In this document: positions 26,520 to 39,659 of the stretch, one piece after another
Position numbering within the stretch: position 1 is the first letter of the stretch
Layout: every line of letters starts with the position of its first letter
NCBI GenBank assembly: GCA_951406725.2
Contig: OX597815.1
Span: 59,334,001-59,398,000 of the forward strand
From: Octopus vulgaris
Taxonomy: Eukaryota
Length of the DNA: 64,000 nt
Direction: 5' to 3'
Notes under the pieces: model-generated
What the model saw: the letters and a program-made list of their open reading frames with translations, nothing else
What the model was told of the DNA's origin: nothing
Database searches by the model: none
Program-made: the position numbers and the translations under genes

Positions 26520-29500
26520 TAGAGATCAGAATAGTATAGTGACAATTATCTCTGCCTATACCCCACAAGCAGGCCTACCAAATGAACAAAATAACCACAT
26601 TTATGATATTCTTCTGCAGGCTACCTCAAAGACGAATGATGATCTCATCTTTGTGTCTGAGGATTTCAATGGGCATGTGTACATGGAGGCCATGGAATCT
26701 TCCATGTGTACATGGAGGCCATGGAATTGGTTCCCAAAATGAAGAAGTAACGAGGCTCCTGGAGTTTTAGAGTTCTATGATGTGAATGGCCTATTGATCT
26801 GCAATACTATCTTCAGGAAGCCAACCAGCCACCTGATAACATACCAGTCAGGTGACTATACTAGCCAGATCAATTACATTCCCACCAGACAGTAGGATGC
26901 ATGGTTGCTCCTATATACAAAGACCCTCTCTTGTGAAGAATGTAACCCCCAGCATAGACTAGTGACTTTAGACTCCAGACCAGCAGGATGCCAAGAAGCA
27001 GACTAATCTGGAAAAGAAGAATTTGGAACCTTAAGGACCCTTCATATGGTCAGAGATTTAGGGACATCCTAATTGCAAAATTTGATGAGAAGGAGGAGGA
27101 ACTACAGACTTGTGACATAGAAGGCAACTGGGAATTCCTGTGAGACAGCTTGAAGAGTGCCAGAGACCTCATCCACAGCTGGTGCAAAGTCCCATCCAGA
27201 CCTAGGGTAATGTGGTAGTGGAACGACACTGTAGACAAGGCCATTAGAGCAAAGAAACAGGCCTGGAAGAGTGGGGGTAGCAGGAAATCGTATCAGATAG
27301 CCAGAAGGGAAGCTAGGAGATGGATATATCTAGCCAAGGGAGAAGCAGAAAAGAAGAAGTTTGCCTATGTTCAGTGACTTGAGGACCAAAGAGTTAAAGT
27401 GTTTCGGATTGCAAGATAGTGTGTGAGAAAGAATTGTGATGTCCTAGGGAAAAAATGTGTTCCCATGAATGATGGTGCACTTGCATTTAATGATTCTGCA
27501 AAGAAAGAGGCTTGGAAATCCCACTATAAATGGCTGCTAAATGAAGAGAATGAATGGGAGGAGGGGAGTCTGCCAAATGTTGACCCAATTGAGGGACCAG
27601 CTTCCCAAATTGAGAGTACATTGGTAGATAAAGCAATTAAGGATATGAAGACAGGGAAGCCCCCAGCCCATCAGGAATCACCGCTGAGATGCTGAAAATA
27701 TCTGGCGGTGTGGGTTATGGTCTAGTCACCTGTATTGTAAATTGGGTAGTTCACAAAAGTTCACCCAATGACTGGTGTAGTAGCACCATAGTCAACTGCT
27801 ACATAGATAAAGATGATAGAGGTATCAAATTGTTGGATCAGGTGATGAAAGTTATGGAGGGAGTCATAGCCCAACTAATTAAGGAGAGAGTTATTCTCGA
27901 TGAGATGCAATTTTCTTTTGTACCAGGGAGAAGCACCACTGATGCTATATTTCTGGTAAGGCTGCTGCAGGAGAAATACATAGCTAAATATAAACCTCTG
28001 TTCTTGGCTTTTGTTGACTTGGAGAAAGCCTTTGACTGGGTCCTCTGATCCCTTATCTGGTGCAGAAACTAGGGATAGATGAGTAATCGGTGAGAGCTGT
28101 ACAAGTCATATACAGGGATGTGATCAGTAAGGTGATGATTGGCAGTGAATACAGCAAAGAATTCAGGGTTCATGTAGGAGTTCACCAAAGATTGGTCCTC
28201 AGCCCTCTCTTGTTCATCATAGTCTTCCTAGCAATAACAGAAGAATATGGGAGCTCCTCTATGCTGATGACCTTGTTCTTATAACTGAATCACTACCAGA
28301 ACTAGAGTAGAAATTTCAAATTTAGAAGCAAAGTCTAGTGTCAAAGTGCCTTAGAGTTAACCTTGCTAAAACCAAAGTCATAGTAAGTAGGAAAGCAGAC
28401 AAATCACAAATCCCTTCATGTAGATGGCCCTGCTCAATCAGTAGAAAAAAGAGGAAGATTAACTGGGAAAATAGCTTTTGTGAGTGGAAGATGCACATGT
28501 ACAATGAACACTGAAAATGAGCTGAAAATAGACTCTATCAACTACCCGTGGGGGGGGAAGCTAGAGGTAGTAGATAGCTTCCGTTACCTAGGTGATCAAG
28601 TTAGTTCAGAGGTAGACGCTCCGAGAGTGTAGCTGTGAGAATAAGAATTAGCTGAGCAAAGTTCAAAGTGCTCTTACCTCTACTGGCAACAAAGGGTTTC
28701 TCTCTCAGAGTGAAAGGCAGATTGTATGATACCTGTGTGCAAACAGCTATGCTACATGGTAATGAAACATGGGCTGTGACAGCCAAGGACATGCATAAGC
28801 TTGAAAGAAATGAAGCCAGTATGCTTCACTGGATGTGCAATGTCAGTGTGCATGTTCGACAGAGTGTAAGCATCTTGAGAGAAAAGTTGTGCATAAGAGG
28901 CATCTGATATGGTGTGCAAGAGAGACGACTGTGCTTGTATCGTCATGTGATACATATGGACGAGGCAGATGTGTAAAGAAGTGCCAATCTCCAACTGTGG
29001 AGGGAACTTGAGATAAACTCAAGAAGACATAAGACAAAGTGGTGAAGCATGATCTTCGAACATTGGGCCTTATGGAGGTGATAAGTGACTGAGACCGTTG
29101 ACGATATGCTGTGCTTGAGAAGACCCGTCAAGCCAAGTGAAATCATAGTCATGGCTGATACTGGTGTCACATTACTGGCATGTAAAAAGCACCTTTCAAG
29201 CATTGGGCCTCATGGAGGCAAAGTGGCTGATGCCAGTGGCACGTGAAAAACTCCTTTCAAGTGTTGGGCCTCACAGAGGCAATGACAAATGACCAAGACC
29301 TTTGACATTATGATGTGCTTGAAAAGTAGACCCATTAAACCTAGTAAAATCACAATCATGGCAGATAGTGGTGTTGTATAAATGGCACCTGTGCCAGTGG
29401 AACACGAAAGCACCCATTATGCTCTTGGTGTGGTTGGCATTAGGAAGTGTTTCCAGCTGTATAAACCATGTCAAATCAGACTGCAGTCTGGTGCAGCCTT

Positions 29501-29580
29501 CCAGTTTGCCAGCCCTGGTCAAACCATCCAACCCATGCCAGCATGGACAATGCACATTAAAAGATGATGTTGATGATATA
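26520..29580 (+). mobile_element. Older near full-length RTE LINE (endonuclease, RT, 3' UTR), many stops
   Basis: ISAYTPQAG...DFNGHV; QFSFVPGRSTTDAIF; FVDLEKAFD; family 3' UTR and tail. Confidence 0.9.
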
Positions 29581-29584
29581 TGTA

Positions 29585-29616
<32 letters not shown>

Positions 29617-30490
29617 CATATATAACACATATATGCATATGTGTGTGTGTGCATGTACATATGCATTTGTTCTTTCAAATAACAATTTATTTAAGTTCTT
29701 ACATTCAAGAATGTCCACCAGCACTCAATACTTATTATTTTCAAGTTCACTTAGCTGAATCAGCCATAAACTAATTAACATAATGACATAAATCTTGTTC
29801 TGCCATTTTATTACTTGTTATTTTGCTCTATATTTCTGTTACTACTTATATAAGATTTCCAATGAGAGGAAAATTGTGTGATTACACAGCCTCATGATTG
29901 GAGCTTGTGGATGCCAGTGACTACAAGTATATGGATTTCTAGCAACCAGTTATTCATTCTTTTATTGCAAAGCTGTATTATAAAGTATATATGTGTATAT
30001 GCATATGTGTATGTATATACATACTCTATACACATATACATTCACATATACCCATGTGTATACTTAATGTGTGTTAATTGGTTTATTACAATGGGTTTAT
30101 AACATCTTAAAGATGGCATACTGCTCTTACAACTTAGAGATGTTATTTTCCCCTTTCTTTGGTTGCCTTAGTATTGTCATAACCAAACTTGTTAGTTTGT
30201 TGCACTATTTATATATCAGGCTCTATCCAGAATAAATTATTCAATTGTATAGATTTGGCTATAAATGTAAGAGGGAAATTACATAATACTCTGTAATGTA
30301 AATTAATTTTGTCTGTGAATTTAACTCTAGTTTTTATTGTTGTGTTATTACTCCAAAACTACTGTTGTGCAAAGCTAGAAATTGCCTTTAGAATTATTTA
30401 TTTCAAATTTTTTTTGTGTGTGTGTACCCCTAAACAATTTATTAAAAAATGCTTGTGCAAAATAAGAAATCAATATATATATATATATAT

Positions 30491-30491
<1 letters not shown>

Positions 30492-30524
<33 letters not shown>

Positions 30525-31275
30525 CTAGTTTCAGCTTATGAGCTGTTGCCATGCTGGGGCACCGCCATTTGGTGTTGCTACTTGGTTTCACTTCATGGAG
30601 GCTTTCTAGCAGCTGCTATTTGGTGCATGAGAGAGTTCGATGCAGCTGCCCTCATCTGCCCCTCCTGCCGTGAAGTTGGTCCATCTGGGACACCTGACAG
30701 GAAGAGATCCAGCTTCATTTTAAAGACATCTGCATCCACCCCATGCAGGTCTCTCAGGTTCTTCGGGAGGATATTGAATAGCTGTGGGCCTCGGAAGCCC
30801 AGGCTATCACAGTATCTTGTCCTACATCTTGATGGCAGGTTTGGAGTCCTAGGCACCACGCAGTGGCGCCCAGTTCTGGCATTTGCGTAACTCTCGATGC
30901 CAAAGTTCAGGATACTTCCCTCCAGGATCTTCCAGATGTATATTATGGCATATCTTTCCCGCCTACGCTCCAGGGAATATAATTTTAATCTCTTGAGTCT
31001 TTCCCAGTAGCTTACATTCTGCATAGAGGCTATCTTCTTTGTGTAGCTTCGTTGGATCGCCTCAAGTTCTGTGATCAACTTGACACTGGATGGTGACCAT
31101 AGCTGAGAGCAATAGTCAAAGTGGCTTAGGACAAGTGTCTTCCAGAGGACCATCATGGTTTCTTGTTTTCTTGTTCTAAAGGTTCTAAGAATCCATCCAG
31201 CCAGCCGTCTACATTTCATTGTCAGTTTAGCAACATGTACATGAAAGGTCGCGTCATCACTCATGTGAATACCCA
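30492..31275 (-). mobile_element. CR1-clade LINE 3' fragment with (AATC)n tail
   Basis: LVLSHFDYCSQLWSP...LEAIQRSYTK...SYWERLKRLKLYSLERRRERY. Confidence 0.9.
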
Positions 31276-31409
31276 GTTATTTAATTTAATCTTAAGGCTA
31301 ATTAGAAGATAGAGTATCTGAAGAATTATTAACAATATTAAAACAATATTAAACGTTATTTAATTTAATCTTAAGGCTAATTAACAATAATTATTAACAA
31401 TATTAAAAA

Positions 31410-31440
<31 letters not shown>

Positions 31441-31922
31441 TTAAACGTTATTTAATTTAATCCTAAGGCTAATTAACAATAATTATTAACAATATTAAAC
31501 AATATTAAATGTTATTTAATTTAATCTTAAGGCTAATTAACAGTAATTATTAACAATATTAAACAATATTAAACGTTATTTAATTTAATCCTAAGGCTAA
31601 TTAACAATAATTATTAACAATATTAAACGTTATTTAATTTAATCCTAAGGCTAATTAGACGTTATTAATATTAAACGTTATTTAATTTAATCTTAAGGCT
31701 AATTAGAAGATAGAGTATCTGAAAAATTATTAACAATATTAAAACAATATTAAACGTTATTTAATTTAATCTTAAGGCTAATTAACAATAATTATTAACA
31801 AAATTAAACAATATTAAACGTTATTTAATTTAATCCTAAGGCTAATTTGACGGTATCAATATTAAACGTTATTTAATTTAATCTTAAGGCTAATTAGAAG
31901 ATAGAGTATCTGGAAAATTATT
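31276..31922. repeat. AT-rich minisatellite with variable unit length (core TTAAACGTTATTTAATTTAATCTTAAGGCTAATT)
   Basis: The core is repeated about 10 times with alternative spacers. Confidence 0.9.
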
Positions 31923-32755
31923 ATATCGAGAACAGATATTGAAAATGTAAACAAACAAAATGACGATCGCAACTTTAACTAAGATGTGGGCCTAAAATAG
32001 AATAATGAATAAAATATGAAATAGATGAAATTGATACTTAATCCAACAATGTGGTCTGGATTATTTTTTTTTTTTGGTTTACGGGATTTTTTTCAGGGGA
32101 GATGCTTCTTTTTTCTTTCTTGCAGGAGATAACTTGATTCAGTTATTTTTGCACCATGTGCGTTTCGGCGAAAATGAAAATTACTGTGTATATGTATATA
32201 TTTATATATATATTTTTAAAAATATTTTTAACCAAAGTGTTGTAGTGATCTCTATGACTTAGAGTTTTACGTTTTGCAACTACAGTGGGTTATTTCGCCG
32301 TTCTATGCAAACTTTTTCACAGAGCAAAGGCAATCACGTCTTTCTCTGCTGAAAACGGAACCGGATATATATATATATATATATATTATGTTTCATTTTA
32401 TCTTTTATCTTCAGCAGAGCTGAGAAAAGAGTTAGAACTTGATTCATCAACACTGATAGATATTCAGCGTTCTTTTTGTCTGCTGCAGGAAATTGTGAGT
32501 ATTTCATTCTAAATAAGTCGATTTCTTTATGTTTATGAAAAATATTGTTGGTTGATCCATTTTCCACCTATAATGGTGACAGTGTCCCAAAAATGTAGAA
32601 ACTAGTAATTTAATTACAGGTATTTTCTTTTGTGAATATTTTTTCAATGTCATGTTAACTTCTTACAATGTTTTAGATCTAGAAGTAACAAATACTATAG
32701 AGTTAGAAAATGGTGGTGGCAGTGGCAATAGTGGGACATACCACATACAACCCCA

Positions 32756-35700
32756 TGGTTAGTGAGAGCTGTGCGAGCCATGTACAGGGACGCTGCTAGT
32801 AAGGTGAGGGTTGGCAACAAGTACAATGAAGAATTCCGGGTAGAGGTAGGGGTCCACCATGGTTCAGTCCTCAGCCCCCTCCTATTTATCATAGTCCTCC
32901 AGGCAAAAACGGAGGAAATAGTAGCTGTGATACCAGTGCCGGTGGCACGTAAGCGAACCATCCAAACGTGGCCGTTGCCACAAGCACGGGGGCCAGGCGA
33001 GGCTGACAACGGCCACGATCGGATGGTTCGCTTACATGCCACCGGCACTGGTATCACAGCTACAATTTCCATTGATGTTGATCGATTTCAATTTTGATTC
33101 TGATTCTCACTTGCCTCAACAGGTCTTCACAGATAGAGTTTTGTGTCCCAAGAAGAAAAAGTATGTATAAGTGGACTGGCTACATCCCAGGTAGAGACCA
33201 TGGGTTATGGTCTCACTTGTCCTGCTGGGTCTTCTCACGCACAGCATACTTCCATCGGTCTCGGTCTCTAGTCATTTCCTCAGTAAGACCAAAAATTCGA
33301 AGGTCGTGCTTCACCACCCCGTCCCAGGTTTTCCTGGATCTACCTCTTCCACAGGCTCCCTCAACTGCTAGGGTGTGGTACTTTTTCACACAACTATCTT
33401 CAGCCATTCTTGTCACATGACCATACCAGCGCAAACGTCTCTCTTGCACACCACAACTGATGCTTCTTAGGTCCAACTTTTCTCTCAAGGTACTTACACT
33501 CTGTTGAATATGAACACTGACATTACACATCCATCGGAGCATCCTGGCTTCATTTCTTGCAAGCTTACACATATCCTCAGTAGTCACGGCCCATGTTTCA
33601 CTACCATGTAGCATGGCTGTTCGTACACATGCATCATACTGTCTGCCTTTTACTCTGAGCGAGAGGCCTTTTGTCACTAGCAGGGGTAAGAGCACTCTGA
33701 ACTTTGCCCAGGCTATTCTTACTCTAGCAGTTAAACTTTCAGCACACTCACTCCCGCTACTGACTTGGTCACCTAGGTAATGGAAGCTATTAACTATTTC
33801 TAGTTTTTTCTCCCTGGAATGTGGTGGAAGTTGGTCTCTGCACATTTTCAGTGTTTATTGCTCCTGAGCATCTGCCACATACAAAAACTATTTTCCTAGT
33901 TAGCCTTCCTTTGACATTACTGCACCTCTTATGTATCCATAGCTTACACTTGGTGCATCTTATTGAGTTTCTACCTACGCCTTTTCTACAGATCGAGCAG
34001 GGCCATCTACCTGAAGGCGTTTGTGATTTGTCTACCTTCCTACTTATTAGGACTTTGGTTTTAGCTAGGTTGACTCTAAGGCCCTTCGATTCTAATCCTT
34101 GCTTCCACACCTGAAACTTCTCCAGTTCTGATAGTGAATCAGCAATTAGAGCAAGGTCATCATCATAGAGGAGCTCCCAGGGGCATCCTGTCTTGAATTC
34201 CTCCGTTATTGCCTGGAGGACTATGATAAATAGGAGGGGACTGAGGACTGAACCTTGGTGGACCCCTACGTCTACCCTGAATTCCTCACTGTACTCGTTG
34301 CTAACCCACACCTTACTAGCAGCATCCCTGTACATGGCTTGCACAGCTCTCACTAACCATTCATCTATCCCTAGTTTCCTCATTGACCGCCAGATAAGAG
34401 ATCGGAGGACCCTGTCAAAGGCTTTCTCCATGTCAACAAAAGCTAGGTACAGGGGCTTATCTTTGGCTAGGTATTTGTCCTGCAGCTGTCTTACCAGGAA
34501 TATAGCATCAGTAGTACTTTTCCCTGGCACGAACCCAAACTGCATCTCATCTAAACTAACTCTTTCTCTCTAATTAGTTTGGCTATGACCCTCTTCGTAA
34601 CCTTCATTACCTGATCCAACAGCTTGATACCCCTGTAGTTATTTGTATCTAGGACGTCACCTTTACCTTTGTAGCAGTTGACTATTATGCTGGTACACCA
34701 GTCATTGGGAATAACTCCTTCGTGTATCACCTGGTTAACTATACGGGTGACTAGGCTATAGCCAACACTACCAGATATTTTGAGCATCTCTGCAGTAATT
34801 CCTGATGGGTCTGGGGCTTTCCCTGTCTTCATGCTTCTAATTGCCATAACTACCAAGGAACTGTCAACTCAGATAGCTGGTCCCTCTGTTGGGTCAACAT
34901 TCGGCAGACTCACTTTATCCCATTCATTTTCTTTATTCAGCAACCTTTCATAGTGGCGTCTCCAAACCTCTCTCTTTGCATCCTCATTTAGTGTAAGTGA
35001 ACCATCATCCATCCAAACACATTTCTCTCCTACCACATCACGATTCTCACACACTGTCTTCCAACATGAAATACCTCAAGTCTTTCATCCTCACGGCGCA
35101 GAACATTGGCAAATTTTTTCTTATCTGCTTCCCCTCTGGCTAAATACACCTGCCTCCTAGCTTCCCTTCTGGCAGTCTGATACACTTCCCTGCTACCACC
35201 ATTCTTCCAGTCCTTTCAAGCCTGTTTCTTTTGTCTAATAGCCCTGTCAACAACATTGTTCCACCATCACATTATTTTGGGTCTTGAGGGGACTTTGCAC
35301 CAACCACAGATCTGTTCAGTGGCTCTCAGCAGGTTGTCCCTTAGAAACCTCCAGTTATCTTCTACCCCATGTGAAGCTATATCCCCTTCTATTTCGAAAA
35401 TAGGCTTCAAGTAATATGTCTCTAAATCTCTGTCCATTCACAGGATCTTTAAGCTTCCAGACCCTTCTTCTACATGTTGGTCGTCCTCTTAGTCCTGATC
35501 CTAAAGTCACTAACTACCAGTCTATGTTGCAGGGTACATTCTTCGCCTGGGAAGGTTTTGGCATTTATAAGCAGCCATCTTTCCCTTTTTCTGGCAAGGA
35601 TGTAGTCGATTTGGCTAGTATGTCGGCCCGATCGGTAGGTGACTAGGTGGCTGGTAGGTTTCTTGAAGTTAGTGTTGCAAACCATAAGATCATTTGCATT
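32756..35700 (-). mobile_element. RTE LINE (minus, ~32985-35700) with a rearranged inverted + strand piece at its 3' side
   Basis: ORFs 33790-34545 and 33213-33845 are RT and C-terminus; 32760-32980 is a + strand RT piece fused to 3' UTR. Confidence 0.92.
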
Positions 35701-36459
35701 TATCTGAGACATCGATAATTGAGAGGAACTATAGAATTATATATATATATTTAACATGAGACGTGATGCTGAAATTTATCTGAGACATCGATAATTGAGA
35801 GGAACTATAGAATTATATATATTTAACACGAGACGTGAGGCTGCAATTTATCTGAGACATCGATAAGAGGAACTATAGAATTATATATATATTTAACACG
35901 AGACTTGAGGCTGCAATTTATCTGAGACATCGATAAGAGGAACTATAGAATTATATATATATTTAACACGAGACGTGAGGCTGAAATTTATCTGAGACAT
36001 CGATAAGAGGAACTATAGAATTATATATATATTTAACACGAGACGTGAGGCTGAAATTTATCTGAGACATCGATAAGAGGAACTATAGAATTATATATAT
36101 ATTTAACACGAGACGTGAGGCTGAAATTTATCTGAGACATCGATAAGAGGAACTATAGAATTATATATATATTTAACACGAGACGTGAGGCTGAAATTTA
36201 TCTTAGACATCAATAAGTAAGAGGAACTATAGAATTATATATATATTTAACACGAGACGTGAGGCTGAAATTTATCTGAGACATCGATAAGAGGAACTAT
36301 AGAATTATATATATATTTAACACGAGACGTGAGGCTGAAATTTATCTGAGACATCAATAAAAGGAACTATAGAATTATATATATATTTAACACGAGACAT
36401 GAGGCTGAAATTTATCTGAGACATCGATAAGATGAACTATAGAATTATATATATATTTA
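35696..36459. repeat. 70-bp minisatellite, about 11 near-identical copies
   Basis: Unit TCTGAGACATCGATAAGAGGAACTATAGAATTATATATATATTTAACACGAGACGTGAGGCTGAAATTTA. Confidence 0.95.
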
Positions 36460-36828
36460 TTGTACGAATTATGTATTGCTATTATTTTTTATAACCTATT
36501 TTCAAGTTTCTAATTATTAATTAATAATTAAAAAAATGAATTTTTTTTAAGTGCAAAAAATATTTTAATGGAGTTATTTATTATTTTTAATAGAAGTAAC
36601 AAGTGATAACAAATAGAAGTAATAACTTGTAATAAAATTTTTAGTTTTAATAAAAGCTAATATTTTCTAAATCTAAATATTTTATTTGAAATTTTATCCT
36701 TAGCTGCAATATTTTAAGTAAAAATTTTCTTGTTCTGTACTTTACCAAATGTAATAACTTGTCCTGTCCTTTTCCATGTTTATAATCTTAAGAATATTAT
36801 TTCTCTTGCTTGCATTTTTCTATGTAAT

Positions 36829-39048
36829 CATTATCATCATCATCATCATCATTTAGCGTCCGCTTTCCATGCTAGCATGGGTTGGACGGTTCAACTGGGG
36901 TCTGTGAAGCCAGAAGGCTGCATCAGGCCCAGTCTGATCTGGCAGTGTTTCTACAGCTGGATGCCCTTCCTAAAGCCAACCACTCCGTGAGTGTAGTGGG
37001 TGCTTTTTACGTGTCGCCCGCACAGGTGCCAGACGGAGCTGGCAAACGGCCACGCTCAAATGGTGCTTTTTACGTGCCACCGGCACGGGGGCCAGGCGAG
37101 GCTGGCAATGGCCACGAAAGGATGGTGCTTTATACGTGCCACCGGCACGGGGGCCAGGCGAGGCTGGCAACGGCCATGAACGGATGGTGCATTTTACGTG
37201 CCACCGGCACAGAGGCTAGTCTGGGCAGCGCTGGCAACAGCCACGATCGGATGGTTCGCTTACTTGATGTTGATTGACTTCGATTTTGGTTCTGCTATTT
37301 CTGATATCTGATTTGATTTGGTTTGATTTTGATTTTCACTTGCCTCAAGTAGAGTTTTGTGTCCCAAGAAGGAAAGGTATGTATAAGTCGACTGGCTACA
37401 TACCAGGTAGAGGCCATGGGTTATGGTCTCACTAGTCTTGCCGGGTCTTCTCACGCACAGCATACTTCCATAGGTCTCGGTCTCTAGTCATTTCCTTGGT
37501 GAGACCTAAAGTTCGAAGGTCGTGCTTCACCACCTCGTCCCAGGTTTTCCTGGGTCTGCCTCTTGCACAGGCTCCCTCAACTGCTGGGGTGTGGCACTTT
37601 TGCACACAACTATCTTCAGCCATTCTCGTCACATGACCATACCCACGCAAACATCTCTCTTGCACACCACAACTGATGCTTCTTAGGTCCAACTTTTCTC
37701 TCAAGGTACTTACACTCTGTCAATCATGAACACTGACATTACACATCCATCAGAGCATACTGGCTTCATTTCTTGCGAGCTTACTCATATCCTCAGCAGT
37801 CACAGCCCATGTTTCACTACCATGTAGCATGGCTGTTCGTACACATGCATCATACAGTCTGCCTTTTACTCTGAGCGAGAGGCCTTTTGTCACCAGCAGG
37901 GGTAAGAGCTCTCTGAACTTTGCCCAGGCTATTCTTACTCTAGCAGTTAAACTTTCAGCACCCCCACCCCTGCTACTGACTTGGTCACCTAGGTAGCGGA
38001 AGCTATCAACTACTTCTAGTTTTTCTCCCCGGAACGTGGTAGAAGTTGGTCTCTGCACATTTTCAGTGTTTATTGCTCCTGAGCATCTGCCACATACAAA
38101 AACTATTTTCCTAGTTAGCCTTCCTTTGACATTGCTGCACCTCTTATGTGTCCATAACTTACACTTGGTGCACCTTATAGAGTTTCTACCTACGCCTTTT
38201 TTACAGATCGAGCAGGGCCATCAACCTGAAGGCGTTTGTGATTTGTCTACCTTCCTACTTATTAAGACTTTGGTTTTGGCTAGGTTGATTCTAAGGGCTT
38301 CGATTCTAATCCTTGCTTCCACACCTGAAACTTCTCCTCCAGTTCTGATAGTGAATCAGCAATTAGAGCAAGGTCATCATCATAGAGGAGCTCCCAGGGG
38401 CATCCTGTCTTGAATTCCTCCGTTATTGCCTGGAGGATTATGATAAATAGGAGGGGACTGAGGACTGAACCTTGGTGGACCCCAACCTCTACCCGGAATT
38501 CTTCACTGTACTCGTTACCAACCCTCACCTGACTTGCAGCGTCTCTGTACATGGCTCACACAGCTCTCACTAACCATTCATCTATCCCTAGTTTCCTCAT
38601 TGACCTCCAGATAAGGGATCGGGGGACCCTGTCGAACGCTTTCTGCATGTCAACAAAAGCCAGGTACAGGGGCTTGTCTTTGGCTAGGTATTTGTCCTGC
38701 AGCTGTCTTACCAGGAATATAGCATCAGTAGTACTTTTCCCTGGCACGAACCCAAACTGCATCTCATCTAAACTAACTCTCTCTCTAATTAGTTGGGCTA
38801 TGACCCTCTCCGTAACCTTCATTACCTGATCCAACAGCTTGATACCCCTGTAGTTATTTGTATCTAGGGCGTCACCTTTACCTTTGTAGCAGTTGACTAT
38901 TATGCTGCTGTACCAGTCATTGGGTATGACTCCTTCATGTATCACCTGGTTAACTATACGGGTGACTAGGCTATAGCCGACACTACCAGATATTTTGAGC
39001 ATCTCTGCAGTAATTCCTGATGGGCCTGGGGCTTTCCCTGTTTTCATT
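36829..39048 (-). mobile_element. 5'-truncated RTE LINE with (CAT)n tail
   Basis: ORFs 38556-39047, 38280-38552, 37750-38058 and 37432-37704; 3' UTR minisatellite. Confidence 0.95.
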
Positions 39049-39479
39049 CTTGTACCTGTGTGGTTATATGTACATACAAATGTGTGTTGATATGTGTGTA
39101 CATATGTGTATATTCTATATGTACTTGTATGTGTTTGTATGTAACCCCCAATAATATTGAAACTCTAAAATATTAATATAACATAAAGCATAGATATTGT
39201 GACATATCTATCATACATAATCAAAAGCTTTATTTTTTGAAAAAAAAATTTTATTTAATTATTCTACGATATTATATTATTTAGATGGATATAAATACAA
39301 ATATAAGTATAATTTTAACTTCAACTTTGACAAAAAGAAAAAATATTCATTTGGATATTACACTCGAACTTGTTTGTATTAAGAGGATGTATATACAAAA
39401 AACCATAGTCTAACTGTATGTTTTATATGTTTAAATGCATGTACATTTGTATACATATATATATATATATGTATGTATG

Positions 39480-39531
<52 letters not shown>

Positions 39532-39573
39532 AATAAAAAAATGGAGTTAACGCAGGTGTAATCAAATATTTTT

Positions 39574-39659
39574 ACTTTCGACACATGTTTCGAAAATTCC
39601 ACTGATACTATTCAAAAGAATAAATGGTATAAACAATGCAATCTTCTCCTCAGGAAAGT
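39574..39659 (-). ncRNA. Type I hammerhead ribozyme, minimal stem III (Penelope-type), apparently intact
   Basis: Minus strand: ACUUUC CUGAGGA GAAGAUUGCAUUG...UAUUC UUUU GAAUA...CAGUGGAAUUUUC GAAAC AUGU GUC GAAAGU. All core nucleotides are canonical, with a G-C pair closing stem II. Confidence 0.85.

Noticed and set aside
29864-29926. Possible extra phase 1/1 exon (EENCVITQPHDWSLWMPVTT)
   Set aside because: It needs a rare GAG acceptor and a weak GTATAT donor; not supportable without RNA data.
35696-36459. CRISPR-like regular repeat
   Set aside because: The units are contiguous and near-identical with no unique spacers, there are no cas genes, and the context is eukaryotic.
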